In this document: positions 49,901 to 63,771 of the stretch, piece by piece
Layout: every line of letters begins with the position of its first letter
Position numbering within the stretch: position 1 is the first letter of the stretch
Assembly: GCA_973895155.1 (NCBI GenBank)
Contig: OZ316899.1
Coordinates: 8,559,241-8,623,240, forward strand
DNA length: 64,000 nucleotides
Source of the DNA: Marsupella aquatica
Lineage: Eukaryota > Plantae > Marchantiophyta
Direction of reading: 5' to 3'
Made by a program: the position numbers and the translations under genes
Notes under the pieces: model-generated
Told to the model about the DNA's origin: nothing
The model's input: only the letters and a program-made list of their open reading frames with translations
The model's database searches: none

Positions 49901-51646
49901 CCCAATTTTTGGTGAGCTCCTCCTCGACCACAGCTCTTGCGACTGCTTTGCCCAGCCTCTGATGGCCTTCACGTTGTTACCGATTGTCGCTCCCCACAAA
50001 GTCCACAATCCATAAACCAGGCAGATAGTGCGCCCATAGAACAGATGCAACCCGCATGCAGCTTCACCAGCTCAATGGCAGCTCGACAACTTAAGGGTGC
50101 AGCAAAAGGGCGTTGAATAGGTTGTCTCACCTCACCCTTCAAGAGCCGGTCATTGCAGCATCCCTAAACTCCTGATCCCTCTTCTCGGATTCCACAGAGC
50201 CGACCACAAGAAAATGGGAACACTAAACCTCACTGTAGAGACGTTCCCACCAAGATTACACGGAAAACCTTGCTCCAATCCCTAAGCTCCCGATCCCATC
50301 GAGAGAACACGATAAAACCTTGCTCCGATCCCTAAACTCCCGATCCCACCAAGAGAACACAATAAACCTTGCTCCGCAAGTTGGGAATGTGGCGGGATCC
50401 CTAAACACATCAACAACCTGCTAAGTGTATGCAAAGTTGCATAATCGGCTTGTTCCCTTCCAACGGTCGTGTGACTCGGGTGTCCAAACGGTACTGCAAG
50501 CGGTACAGGCCCCTAGCTTGGGATACCCTTACCAAAGTCACTGGTGTTGCCGACATGGTAACGGCAAGATTATCCTGACCCTCCATAAACCCCCTCCATT
50601 CACTCAAGTGTTGTGAGTGACAACTTAGTGTAGTGTCGCTAAACAAATACTTTGGCCTTAGCAAATATCTGTAGTGATCGAACTTCATTAAACCAAACCT
50701 CTTTTGGTCACAAATAAGGCCATTTAATGAGTGATGCCCCTTGTCATCACAACTCTTAATTTATGCAATTACCCCTCCTGAACATAAGTGAACATTGTCC
50801 AAATTGCCTACCCTCATGAATAATTTGTCAATTATCTTTCCCGACATATATGATGTCAATGGACATGATGGGGAACATGATGTCAATGGACATGATGCCA
50901 ACGATCCAATGGTTCCTAAACCCCCATCCCCTTAACATGCAACCCCCGACCCTTGACATCAAACCCCCCCTAAACCCCCTTTAGTGAAAACCGAGCCACC
51001 CCCTAGCCTTGACATATAAACCCCCTAAACGTCTTGACAACTCGACTGTGGCCAGACTATCTTTGCAATGCCAAGGGCCATTTTTAGAGTGCATGCCGCT
51101 TGCAAGCTCAGGCTCTCAAGATCCTCCCAAGGCAGCAAACAAGTTAGGGTCCCTAAACATGTTCCTTTACCCTAAACCATTGCATCACTATTTCAATCAA
51201 GTGTTCTTTGGCTGGACAACCTCCTAACCCTAAACCCACACCCCCTTGAGACCGGTACAAATCTACCTTTGTGCATCTCGGCCTTTTATAGATGGAGTTA
51301 GTAATCGATCCCTCCGTAGTCCACCCTCCATGAACCTCACTCCAAAACCTTTTTGGTCACAAATAAGGCCATTTATTGAGTTATGCCCCTTGCTATCACC
51401 CTCTTTACAAAATTACCCCTCCTCAACATAAGTGAACATTACCCATGATGTGCTAGACTATTCACCGTTCACAAAGTAGCAAGGTTACTTCTCATAGTCT
51501 TTTAGTGAACCATAAATTACTAATAGTCTTTTGTAGTCTTCAACAAAACCGGTGCAATGGGTGCGAGTCGTTTCAAGTATGGAAAAAGGACTTAGTGGGC
51601 TTAGTCCTATAAGGTATGGTCTAAATTGCCCCGGTTTCTACTAGTG

Positions 51647-54048
51647 GTCTGAGGCGGTGTTCCAAATGAGTATGACGGGACCTTGCACCCTAAGCGGCCA
51701 CAATCTAGGGTTCCATACCCCTTATCCGTATCCTGTGAATGGGCGTGGCCCCCAGATGGTCAGCAATCCAAGTATTCCGCCTAAACTTGGAGTTTGGCGG
51801 ACCCCGGTTTGCTATAATTGCAAGAAACCTGGTCACTTTGCCCGAGAGTGCACGGAGCAACGGAAGCAAGGGGATGGGAGGGCGATTCCGTTGTGCTAGG
51901 TCTGTCGAACCAAAGCACATTCCACATCAAACTGCCCTTTGGTGTTAGCCGCAAAGGCCGGCGCTGTCCGAGCTGCTCTACCTGCGCCCCCACCGACTAC
52001 GGATGCGGTAGTACAAATGGTAATGCTGGAATGGTAGGACGACTCCACCGAGTGGATCAATCTCATAGAAGTAGTCGAGCAACCCGGAGCGCACGCGGAC
52101 AATGAATGTTACCGCGTTTCTACCCGATCATCCCACAAGAAAGACAAGTATGAAGCACGGGCTCAGAAGACTGACAAGCAAACAGACGTGGTGGCAGATA
52201 ACCATAGTCCAATGGAACTGGACGAGCGAGAAGACTACCAGCGGGATAACCCAAAGTTGTTTTACCCGCAAGTGGAGGAACTGGTCAAAAAGCAATTGGA
52301 AGCCTACGAGGCCCAAGAACACGAAAAATCCATTAAGAAGGATATTGTCGACGCTAAAGCGGCAGAAAAAGTGGAGGAAGCTAAGACCGCCTTGGAAGCT
52401 CAAGTCAAGGAAGCAGAAGCATTAAGATCTGCGACCCCACCGTCTAACCAGTATGACATCAAAAAGGATGTTCAAAACTGTGCAACCACGGCTACCGTCG
52501 GACAACTGTTGCAGGATAACCCGAAGTATCGGCAACAACTCAAGGAAATGCTGATAGGGAAGAGAAGGAGACGGCTACCTCGGGTAAGCACCTTAGCCGA
52601 CTGTATGATGATTTACCAGGACTTAGGAGCGCTTGAGGTCTCTATTGAGATAGCGGGCTGTACTGTTCGGTTTGTACCAGTAGATGGTGGGTCCGGAGTA
52701 AATATCATGACGAAGGATACTTCCGTGAGGTTGGGATATACATCTTATCAACCTACGGCGCGTGCCATTCGGTTAGCAAACGGCGCCCGGATCATGCCAT
52801 TGGGGACATTGACCAAGATATCCACGTGGATTGGAGGCCTCGAGTTTTTTCTAAATTACCTAGTGATGCGACCAGTCCAACCCTCGACTTATCCAATATT
52901 GTTGGGCAGACCCTGGTTATATGGTGCCCGAGTCGTTACCGATTGGGGAAAGAAGGAGTTACGATTCGGTAACCCGACTACGACGGTGTCATGGAAGGAA
53001 GAGGACTATCAGGGCAAAACACCCCAGGGACCCGAAGAATATGACTTGGAGGAGGAAATCTCAGAAGAAGAGGTATATGGTAGAGTTGATCTGTCGACTT
53101 GACGAAGAGGAAGTCTTCGGGGTAAGTGCCACCCGAGAGGCCCATCTTCTGAACCAGCCTAGACCAGTAGCCCCAATTGAGACGCCAGGGACGCCAGTAA
53201 GAGATGATGCGGCGGAGGGTGAAGAATTACCCGTAATAGTGAGCCCTACAAAGATCGTCGGCCAGGGCACCTTGCCTGGTATACTCGAGGAGCGAGGTAC
53301 CGAGGCCGCCACTCCTCCCAAAAGAAAGAAAGTTACATGGAGCCCCGAGGTACCGTCCGTAATAGACAAACCCAAGAAGTTCCCCAAGGAGCAGCCGACG
53401 GTCTGGGAACCTGTGGCCTACGATGGCACCAGACTAAAGGAATTGGAAGCCCATCTTGACCGGGCCACCAAAGACCATGTGGATGTAATCCGCAAGGAAC
53501 ACTATGGCAAATACACCACAAAGAGGGAGAGGACATTCAATGTCGGTTATGGCCTACAAGCCCCAGAGGAAAAGGCTATCCAAGAACTTCTATCCGAATA
53601 TGAGGACGTCTTCGCATGGAGTCATCGAGACTTAACCGGAATTTCACCGGCCTACGGCGAACACGTCATTGATCTAAACTTGGGTGCTCATGCCATCCGA
53701 GAAAGACAACGAAGACTAAATCCAAGACATTCCATCTTGGTAAAGGAGGAGTTAGATCAGCTGATCGTGGCGGACATAATCTACCCCGTCTTATCTAGCG
53801 AATGGGTGTCCCCCATTGTGGTGGTTCCTAAAAAGGTAGGGCCCAATGGCAAACCCAAGATTTGAATATGCCAAGACTATCGGAAACTCAACAACGCTAC
53901 TCGGAAAGACCATTACCCGCTTCCTTACACGGATATGGTCCTTGACATGGTAGCCCGAAATGAGGTGTACACCTTCCTGGATGGATATTCGGGTTATAAC
54001 CAGATTTGGATCAGACTATTGGACCAACTCAAAACCACATTCATAACT
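51647..54048 (+). pseudogene. Gypsy gag 3' part, aspartic protease and N-terminal RT
   Basis: CYNCKKPGHFAREC; VDGGSGVNI..ILLGRPWL; VFAWSH..SEWVSPIVVVPKK..DYRKLN..FLDGYSGYNQI..KTTFIT, then cut off. Confidence 0.92.
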
Positions 54049-54829
54049 ATCCGATGTAACCCGCTTCGCAATATCACATCCAATCCTCATCGGAAATCAA
54101 CCATCGGACTTACTTCGGACTTTCCGTTGATGATGCCGACGGACTTTCCGATTCCAACCCATTCGCAAACCTGCACATCCGATCCAATACGTATCGGACA
54201 CCAACAAACAGACCTTCTTTCAAAACGACCATTGTCCGATAGTAATGGTATGGGATAGTTCCATAGTTTTTGCTACGTACATTGCGATGCGTGTAGTATC
54301 GGAGTTTACGATACGTTTAGTATCGGAGTTTGCCTTTGGAGAATTATCGGATGTTGCGTTAGATTTGGTATCGGATAGTGCGATGTAATGAGGTTTGGAA
54401 AATCCAATGACGTTGCCATCGGACACATTGTTTTGATGTTTTGGTTTTTTTGGAGGGGTCCGATGCAGAAAGGATCGGATGCTGCGAAGGGGATTGAAAC
54501 GGAAGGACCGATGAAGGTGCAAACGGACATCATAACGGATGGCTTAATTTGTTACAATAGCTAGGGTTTCATGGGTGGTTATTTTGGGTTTGAGAACATC
54601 AACCAATATATTAGGGTCCAAAGGAGGCTCAAAACATGTGGTCAAAATCTCATATTAAAAAAGGGGATGACCCCGATATGTACAAAATGGAATGGGCCTA
54701 CCTAGTAGACCCATCTCGACGACTGTTTGCTCCATGGGAACACCTAAATGGAGCACTGAGTAGAGACACTCCATGGCACCTGCTAAGATCTAATAAAAAC
54801 TACCAGACCTACCTACACGGCACTAACCT

Positions 54830-57471
54830 CTAAAAAGGTGTGTTCCGTCCCTTCTTCTTCTTGTGGCGAGAGCAAAGCTAGGGAACAGGTGCGGGATCCA
54901 CAACCGGTGGAGCCACCTGTTGACCAGATGGTGGGTCTAATCCTGTCCTACCCCCTGACCCACTAGATGCACCACTAGGCACGGTAGAAGTCCCACCAAC
55001 CCCTAACACAGCTGAGTGAAAGGAGGCCTCGCCCCCCCGGCAGACCTACTAGAGTGATGAGAGGCTGCGGCTGCGGATGATGCATGTGGCCCATGCCGTG
55101 CTGTACTGCCACCTGACTCACGAGATGGCGCTAGACCCCTAGAGCCACCATCGTCCAAGTCACCACTGCCTCAACAAGGGGGGCTAGGTGCAGCAGATAC
55201 TCCTCGATGAGGGGGGCTAGGTGCACCAGATACTCCTCGACGAGGGGGGTTAGGTGCAGAGCATACTCCTGAGCGATGGTGTGGGCTTGCACCACCTCTA
55301 CTACCCCCTGAAGGCCCCGGCCTCGCAGCCCGCGATGCTCCCCGTGACTGATGAGAGCTCACACCATCAACAGCATGTGACCCACCTCCCCTCCCTCCCA
55401 ATGTGAGGGTAACATGAGGTATCTGGGCAGTAGGGGCAACTCTAGGAACAGTCTGGGCAACTATAGGAACAGCCCGGGAAACTCTAGGAATAGTCGCGGT
55501 AGCTCTAGGCTCCCTCTGCAACCTTGCCTCAAATGCTGAGTCCTCATCATCTGACTCCCCAGACCCCTCCTCCTCCTCCTGCACATTACAATTAATTATA
55601 TAAAGTAAGGAACTTGGTCAAAAGTCTACAAATGTAGTAGTGCTCTAGCTAAGCAAAACATTGTCCCAACTTAGGTAGGGGGAGGGAAGAATTACCTCTC
55701 CCAGCTCATCCTCAATCTGTCGCTTTAGAGCATGGGGTCCATCCCTTGCTGCTAGTTCCCTCTCTTTTGGATCAATGGGACAACCATACTCCCTCTCCTG
55801 ACAATTCAAAATTAAAAGACCACTTCTGCACAATAAATTTAGTTTCAACCATAAAATCCACTCCCTCTACCAAACTTCTCCCTCTCAAAACTCTATGCCT
55901 TCTATAACTTCTATAACTTACTTAACCCCTAGCAAATACTCTAAACCCTAAAAAAATCACCAGTGAACTCAAGAAGGGGTCCATTCCAGAATTTCATGCA
56001 AGTCAAGCATCCCTATCCTATGCAATCAAAAAAACCCTAAACCCTACCCGTTTTAAACAAAATAAACCCAAATTCACTCGAAATATACTCATTCCAATGC
56101 AGCATCCGATATGGATTCTATCGGACTGCTATCGGACCCCTCATCCGCTAAATTTGAATGTTACTATGTCCGATGCGGGTTCCGATGCGGGTTACAACGA
56201 ACAAACATCGGACTTAACAATCCCGAGAGCAAAACAAGGGGGATCGGAATGTGATAAAGCAAAACGGGACAACCAAAATGTTCACTCTTCGCAAGAGAAG
56301 TCAGGTGGTCAGGGAGAGGAGCAAGGGAGGAGGGAGCTAGGAGGGAGGAGCCACTTACAAACTCGGCCTTCAATCGATTGGAGCCGCCTTGCCCCATCCG
56401 GTGAGTCACAATGGGCCTCTCTTCTACTCGCTTCAATGCTGCTATGATGTTTGCAGGAGGTTTTTGAAGTCTTGCTGCTTGAGCTGCCCACTGTCAAAGG
56501 TTCAGTTGGAGGGGGGCCATGTCAATATCCTCCCCGGCAGCTCGCTTTTCTTCTGCAATCCTGATTTCGTTGTCCGAATGTCGTCTCTTTAGCCAGGCTC
56601 AAACAGAGAGCTCCTCCTCAAGCCAAGCTGTCCATGCATCCTGGGGAATCACATCTGGACACTGGTGCTCCCTGACCACCTCTGCATCTATTGGCAAATC
56701 AGTAAGGTAATCCCTCATCTTCTCCCGCACATGATTCCTTGCATCTGAAACGAGGCTGAAATTCGACTGTTTAGAAATCTGTCTTCAAGTTGGGCTCCGT
56801 TCTTGAATCTTTCTTTGATCTGCTCCCGAACCCTGGTCCTCTCCTCCTCTATTTTCTTACCCCAGTAGTCTAGTGGCCCAAAATTTGCCCTCACAACCTG
56901 CAAGAATTGGCTGCGGAACAAATTGTAGCTCCTAGGCATTGGAGCCCCACCTGAATTGATAGCCAGCTCAGGTTGCAAAGCCCTCTCAGCCTCCCTTTGC
57001 CTTTGCTCCTCAACTCGCAGCCTCTCTGCCTCCTAGCTTCTCTTCAAAGATTTTTCTCCCTTTTCCGAGGAGAGAGAGCCTCCTCACCATTTGCCCTAGC
57101 CCTCTCCGCCTCCTTTCTCTTCTTCCTCACCTCTTTCTCTGCTGCGAGGCCTGCTGCAGCAGCCTTCTCTGCCTCACCTTTTGAGGCATCAAGCAAAACC
57201 TGAAGCACCGGGACTACTCTTGCTGCATCCTCCACGGAAAGCCCTGCCTTGGCCACAAACAACTCCCTCATTATCTCCTCATATGGCCGGGATGGCCCAG
57301 CCCCGTCTCCCCCATCACCCGATCCTCCTCCCCCACCATCTCTCCTCCTTCCCGAGCTCCTCCCCTCTCGGCCTTAGAAAATTTTCTGAAATGACTGATG
57401 TGCGAAGGAAGCCCCGTAGTGTGCGCCTTCGCAAGCGCATCGGGATTTACGGATTTCAAATTTTGAATCAA
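54830..57471 (-). pseudogene. CACTA-1 TnpA-like multi-exon gene, copy B
   Basis: Same ORFs as 22260-23272 and 9166-10140, here contiguous. Confidence 0.5.
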
Positions 57472-58348
57472 GTCCGATTGTTTCTGCTTCGGAACGTCCG
57501 TAGCGTATAGTATTGAATGTCAAATCGGACCTTCCGATGCGTGTTGCATCGGACCCCTCCTCCGGCTCGTTATTCCTTGCTTTTACGAAGTGTGATACGT
57601 TGGAAACGGTATTGGACCCCTCGTGTAATGTTATCGGATAGGGGGTTAAGTAGGGCTTATGTAGGGGTCATGCATGTAGGTGTATGTGGGAAGGACCGGT
57701 TGTATTAACATTTAATCGTCATGTATGTTTGAATCAGGTTTTATAGGGCCATACATGTAGACACATACCGCAGGGGGTTGGCAACGGTGTCGTGGCTGTG
57801 ATATATCGACCTTCTTGCAATTTTGGGGTTTGTACCTGAATCCAGATTTTTTTGTGATATACTTTGGTTATCCATGTTCAATTTGCTAATATTCGTCTTT
57901 GGGTTTGATGTGCAGTACCTTGGTTTTGAAGGGGTGGTTAGGTTTTTGTAGGGTGTTAGCTAGGTAGGTTATTTTGCAATGCACTATACACAGTGTGAGA
58001 CCGCGCATCCAAAAGGTATGATGCCCCATCCATTTATTCCTTGATCCTTTAGGCTATTTCAGGTTTGGCATGCAAGTTTTTATCATATGTGCTTGAGCTT
58101 GTTTTCGGCAATTGTAGATCATGCATGCTCATTATGAAAATGTCCACCTTGCAGAGATTTTGGATATCCCCACACTTTGTGTGTAGAGAATACGGCCTAG
58201 TAGGCACGGCAGAGCGCGAGTATCATTGAGGTATAGCAAGTGTTGTATATATGTCTCTCATTCAATTGTTTTTCTAGACATAAATATTTGTCTTGCTGGT
58301 TTTTTCTTTCATCCAACATATTGTCATGGTTGTATGATGTATATGCAG

Positions 58349-59648
58349 ATGTCTGCTTCCGATAGTTCCACATCGGATTCAGACTCAGACACGAGCTTGT
58401 CTGAGGAGGAGGTTCCTCCACCCCCTCCTCCAGACCAACCTCGTGCTCGGCCACTAGGGTCCATACCTTGTTGGTGTGTGAGATGTAAGGGACTTGTGGT
58501 TCAACATGCCTGGGAGACTTGTGAGCACATCAAAAACTATGGTCGCCACGAGGGTGATACACCAGGGTATTTTCCTAGCCAGGTAATAAATACGTCCCTC
58601 CTTCATTCCATGAAATTCCAATAATTAGTCCACAAATGCTGAATTACTTTACATCTAAACAACAATTCATGTATTGATTTGTGTCAAATCATTGTTTGTT
58701 GAAATAGGTGCCTCGTAGACCCCCACCTCCTCTGGTTGATAATGCTATGTGGTTGGAAGGGTTTCTAGCAAGGGCTAGTGAGTTGCTTGCATCTGCCCTT
58801 GCCCATCCACCTCTTAGTCCCCCTGCTCCTATCCCCACACATGCGCATGTAGACGAGGATGCACCGGTCTCTTAACCCGAGGAAATGGATACTAGGGTCC
58901 TACGTACACGTTCACGGTCTCGCAGACGTAGATGACAATATGAACCAGTGGAGCAGGTAGAGAATCGGGAGGAGGCGTTACGTAGTGATCGACCACCCGG
59001 AAATGGAGATTATATTTGTGTTGAGGGCCGGTTTGGACTATCTTATCTCACTGGTAGGGCTGCTGATGTTTGGAAGGACTTTTCTCCTAGTCTCTTCAAA
59101 TTTCCAGATTTCATTCATACTGATTAACCAGTTGACATATGGGGTCAGCCTTGGATAGTGAAGGCATCCTCTATTGGTGCTGATATAGGATATGGTCTAT
59201 ATGCTTTGGAGGACATTGTGGTCCCTCCAAAGCCATGGAGACGTGGATATGATGGAGAGCACCTTTTCCCTTACATTGGGGCTGTATATAATGCAAAGAG
59301 TTGGAAGACTTTGTTGCGTCAACACCCAGGGGGGTGTACGCCTTGAGGATGGACTCAGACCCAGATGAGGTTTTGACTAGGCCGTGGCATTGTAGGATGA
59401 TTGATGGTGACCCTATTCGGAATGGTAATTTAGCAGGGTACATCAATAGTACAACGGGTAGAGGTAGAGATTTTGAGGCTAATGTAGAGTGGATCCAAAT
59501 TTTTGGCCCTCCTAGAGATCCGTATTTTGTGAAACATATGGATGACCATATCATGACAGTAGCCATTAGGACTATTAGAGCCAGTGAGGAGATATTGTGT
59601 GAGTATGAGTGGGACGCCCCAAAATTGTCCCTACATTGCCATCCATGA
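58349..59648 (+). pseudogene. Transposase-associated Zn exon + SET-domain exon, copy B
   Basis: Exon 58349-58582, intron 58583-58707, SET motifs at 59158-59630; stops, plus the same G-run frameshift as copy A. Confidence 0.8.
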
Positions 59649-59778
59649 TAGTATGTTGGACTTACATGCATGTAAATCTTACATTGAATTAATGAGATTC
59701 ATGATGATTTATATATATATATATTGATGATTGTAATGAGATTAATGTTAATGAGATTGCATTGATGTTGTATGATAG

Positions 59779-62700
59779 AATCAATATGTACAATCTGATA
59801 TTGGGGTCATATCACGAGCTATGCAACAACACATTGTTGAGGCCATGGTGGCCAACCATGGGCATGATGGAGGGATGCAGGAGGATGATGTACAACATGA
59901 GGGTGATAATCCTACTCAAGCACATCTGGATGAGGAGAGGGCCATGGATGAGCTCATGGACCAATTTTATGATGATGATGTTGATATTGGTATGGAGGAT
60001 ATGGGTACAACTAATGACAACACCACTCATCCAGGACCTTCTAGGGGGGGACAGAACAAGGATTGGGAGGAGGCTCAACGTCATGCTCATACTCGCATAT
60101 TTGAGGGTAGCACCTTATCTCGGCTCTCCGCAATAATGTTGTTGCTGAATGTGCAGCAAAGACATGGGGCCAGCAACCTACTTTTGGATGATGTTTTTTG
60201 TACCTTGCATGATCATATTTTGCCACCAGGCAATACCATGCCAGCCTCTTGGAAGGAGGCAAAACAAGTGTTGAAGTCCATTGGCCTCAAATATGTAGTG
60301 ATACATGCATGTGTGAATGATTGCATTCTTTTTAGGGGGGAGCATGAGAATGCAACTGCATGTCCTAAGTGTGAGAAGCCACGCTACCGTGATGACATGT
60401 TGACAGGGAAGGTGCCTCAAAAGGTTATGCGATACTTTCCTCTCATCCCCCGATTGCGACATCAGTACCGTTGTGCAGAGTTAGCTGAGTACATGGTATG
60501 GCACTCAAAGAATCGTTCTGATATGGCTATGAACTCTAGTGCCATGCGGATGATGGTTGACTCTCCTGCCAATCGATTTGTTGAGGGCAGATGGGGGGAG
60601 TTCAGCACTGAACCACGACATGTTCGACTTGGCTTGGCAGCTGATGGTATCAGCCCTTTTGCATTGGCGGGTAAAGCAAAACCATATTCAGTATGGCCAG
60701 TAGTTTTGACTAACTACAATATCCCTCCATGGATGGCCATGAAGAAAGGTCATTTACTGCTCTCCATGATCATCCCGGGTCCTAAGCAAGTAAAAAAGAT
60801 TGACATCTACTTGCAACCATTGATTGATGAGCTTTTGCAACTGTGGAGAGGAGTGGATTGTTATGATGGACATCGCAATACAGGAGGTGTACCTTGCGCA
60901 TTTACCCTCAAGGCCATCCTTATGTGGACCATGCATGACCTACCAGGTATGACCTGATAAACCTTAGCTTATTTCCTTGATGTACTACCTTAAATTTAGT
61001 GTGCATTAACCTTATTTCATAATTGGCTGGTTGTATATGGGCTTGGTACAGGGTTTGGGTATATCTCTGGATTGCAAACATCAGGCTATCGAGCTTGCCC
61101 TTCATGCGGACCGGATTTGGAGGGAGTGGCAAGACGCAAGTCAAGTACTTTGTGTAAGATAGTTTACATTGGTCATACCAAATATCTTCCAGCAGACCAT
61201 CCTGGCTTGGAGGAGTGATCATTTCTTGTATGACACTGATGAGGGCCAACCTGATACTCGTCCTCAACCTCAGCGAAAGGATCCAACATATTGGAGAGAG
61301 GTATGGAAGAGAGTTCAAGACCCTGATGATCCATTACAGTTTCTCCGATGTGGCATGACCCGTTTATCTGCATTGTCACAGTTGCCATATTGGTCAGAGA
61401 TGCCTATTAATCACTTGTTGGATGCGATACACATTGAGGGAAATGTGGGGAGATCATTGATCCGTCATCTATATGGGGAGAAGAACCACAACTGGAGAGA
61501 GAGTTGTGAGGAGATGGGGATGCATGGTCTTTTGGGGTTTTTGCCATCTTTGGACCCCCCTGGTGATCCCCCTAGCATCCATCCTCCTTGGGTTTTGACC
61601 AGGGCAGAGCGCATAGAGTTTTGCAGACGGATTGGGTCAATGAGGTTTCCCACGGGTTATGGTGCCAATCTTCGTAAGGCATTTGGGGATGATTCTCCAA
61701 AATGGCCATCGTACCTGAAAACACATGATTATCATCGGTTACTAGAACATGTCATTCCAGTTGCGATTATTGGATTGGGTAGTGAGGAACTTCATGATGC
61801 TCTTTGGTCATTGGGCAAGTTTTTGAGATGGGTATGTCAGAAGGAGGTACTAGAGGATGACATTGCTGCGATGGAGATATTTGGAGTAGAGGTTGTTTGC
61901 AAGTTGGAGAAGGCACTTCCACCCTCATTCTTTGATGGTCAGGTTCATTTCCTCATACATTTAGTGCGTGAGGTAGCAATTGCAGGCCCGGTACATTGTC
62001 GATGGATGTATTGGGTAGAGCGTTACATGGGGGTGATGAAGTCATATGTCTCTAATCGGGCTAGGGTGGAAGGTAGCATTGTAGAGCGTCATCTTGGAGC
62101 AGAGAGTATGTTTTATTGTACAAACATAGTTGCCACACTAGATCCAAGGGCACCTAGGGGATGGATAGATGAGGCAGCACGAGAGGCAGACTATGAGGAT
62201 GATAGACTCACTGGGGCATCAGGAGAGCGTGGCTTAGGCTCAGCAGAGCGTTTGCAACTTACAACATTTATGTTGTATAACTCACCAGAGGTTGTAGGGG
62301 AGTGGACAACATTTTATGAGGAGGAGAAGCAAAATAGTCGACGACCATGGTTGTTTCCCAAGTTTCACCCATACATGAAATCAAAGTTGTTAGAAGTGGA
62401 TGCCTTGGTGGGTACCGGAGACAGTATATTACATTACCCACAAGTGACTGATAAGCTTTGTACCTTGGTTCATGGTCCACTGCTTAAAGTTACGACTCAG
62501 ACGGCAATGTGGTCAAAGGGGAGACATTTCCGTGTGGAACGACTTGATGAGAAGAGAGCATCTACACAAGATTGTGGGGTGATGGGTTGGTTCACCCAGG
62601 ATTCCCAGAGTAGCACGTCGAACATGAACCCCATTCGCTCCACCGTGGCCCATTATGGGAAGATTGATGAGATCCTGACAGTGAAGTACCATGCACATAC

Positions 62701-63022
62701 TACTTTGGAGGAGGTGGTATTTAAGTGCAAATGGTTCAAGATGAATCTTGTAGGCAACAATCGAACATGTGAAGATGATGCGTGCGGATTTACCCGTTTG
62801 AAGACATCTGCAAATAGTGTCATTAGTTCCAATTGGAGGTCCTCAGATCCCTTTGCCTTCCCACATCACCTTGAGCAATGCTTTTACCTACCCTATCCAG
62901 ATGACCCACATTGGTCCATTGTCATGCCTTATATCCCTAGATCACGGGCTATAGTCCAAGAGAGACCCAATGTCGTTGTAGTGGAAGACAACGACATCCC
63001 CGACCCTCCACAAGCTAGTTAG
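59779..63022 (+). pseudogene. CACTA TnpD/Tnp2 transposase, copy B (near full length)
   Basis: IHACVNDCILF..CPKC; Transposase_21; intron ~60948-61051; frameshift ~61204; DUF4218 and DUF4216 regions open. Confidence 0.93.
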
Positions 63023-63771
63023 TATATTTTGTATGTAGCTAGGCCCCCCCCCAACCACACCACCTTCATGTTTTTTTTAATTGGCAATATAAAAGTTGGC
63101 ATCATTACTTCTTTAATTGTCATGGTATGCACATGCCCAAAATCTCTTGGTTATATATAGAAGTGTCCTTACCTTATATACCCTTCCTAAGAATCCCCCC
63201 GCCTTATGTCCCATTGACTGTCCCATGAAAAAGCCATCGGATCTCCATCGCACCTTCTAAAAACAGAAACCAGACCGATACTCCCAACTACGGACTATTC
63301 CATATAAAACCCATCGGACATACATTTCCGATCCTCTCCGCAACTGACACCTTCTCCTCCTTTGTTGACGAGATATCCGATCCAACATCCGATGGACAAT
63401 GTCCGACATCATTTTTTACGCACAAACTATCCGACCCTAAACCCAACGGACACAAATATCCGATGCATTCTGTGACGGTCCTAGTCCGATACAACTACCA
63501 ACGCAAACATCTTGCGATGCATTAAGGTTCGGACCAATTATGCGGTCATGGCGATATAGTTTCCAATATGTTTAGTGTCGGATACTGTCCGATAGTAGTA
63601 CGATGGGACAGTGTATGCGATGGGTTTTACATTGGAATATGTAGGTCCGATGGTATCAGGATCGGAAAATACGTTGCGGGGCATATCGGATATTGTCCGA
63701 AGTGTTCGGCATGGGATGAGTGACGTTTGGGTCAAAAGGAGTATCGGAAAACAGCCAAAAATGTACTAGTG

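Larger units (their letters stand above)
33984..51646 (-). mobile_element. Complete CACTA/EnSpm family-2 element, 17.66 kb
   Basis: TIRs CACTAGTAGAAATCGGGGGGTATTTAGACC / rc CACTAGTAGAAACCGGGGCAATTTAGACC; 3-bp TSD GTC (33981-83, 51647-49). Removing the element restores gag ..EDPSEAVF.. Confidence 0.95.
30134..54048 (+). mobile_element. Ty3/Gypsy retrotransposon, truncated at both ends, interrupted by CACTA-2
   Basis: Extra-ORF region 30134-31600; LTR end ...GGGGTGGGACA at 32604; gag from ~32719; protease and RT at 52188-54048. Confidence 0.85.
54049..63771 (+). mobile_element. CACTA/EnSpm family-1 element, copy B (left TIR missing)
   Basis: Right terminus ..GTACTAGTG at 63771; TCGGA/TCCGA subterminal arrays; lacks the MULE, the NUPT and the deletion of copy A. 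Confidence 0.92.

Noticed and set aside
47000-51500. Additional cargo genes in the right arm of CACTA-2
   Set aside because: There are exon-like fragments, but no motif I can support.
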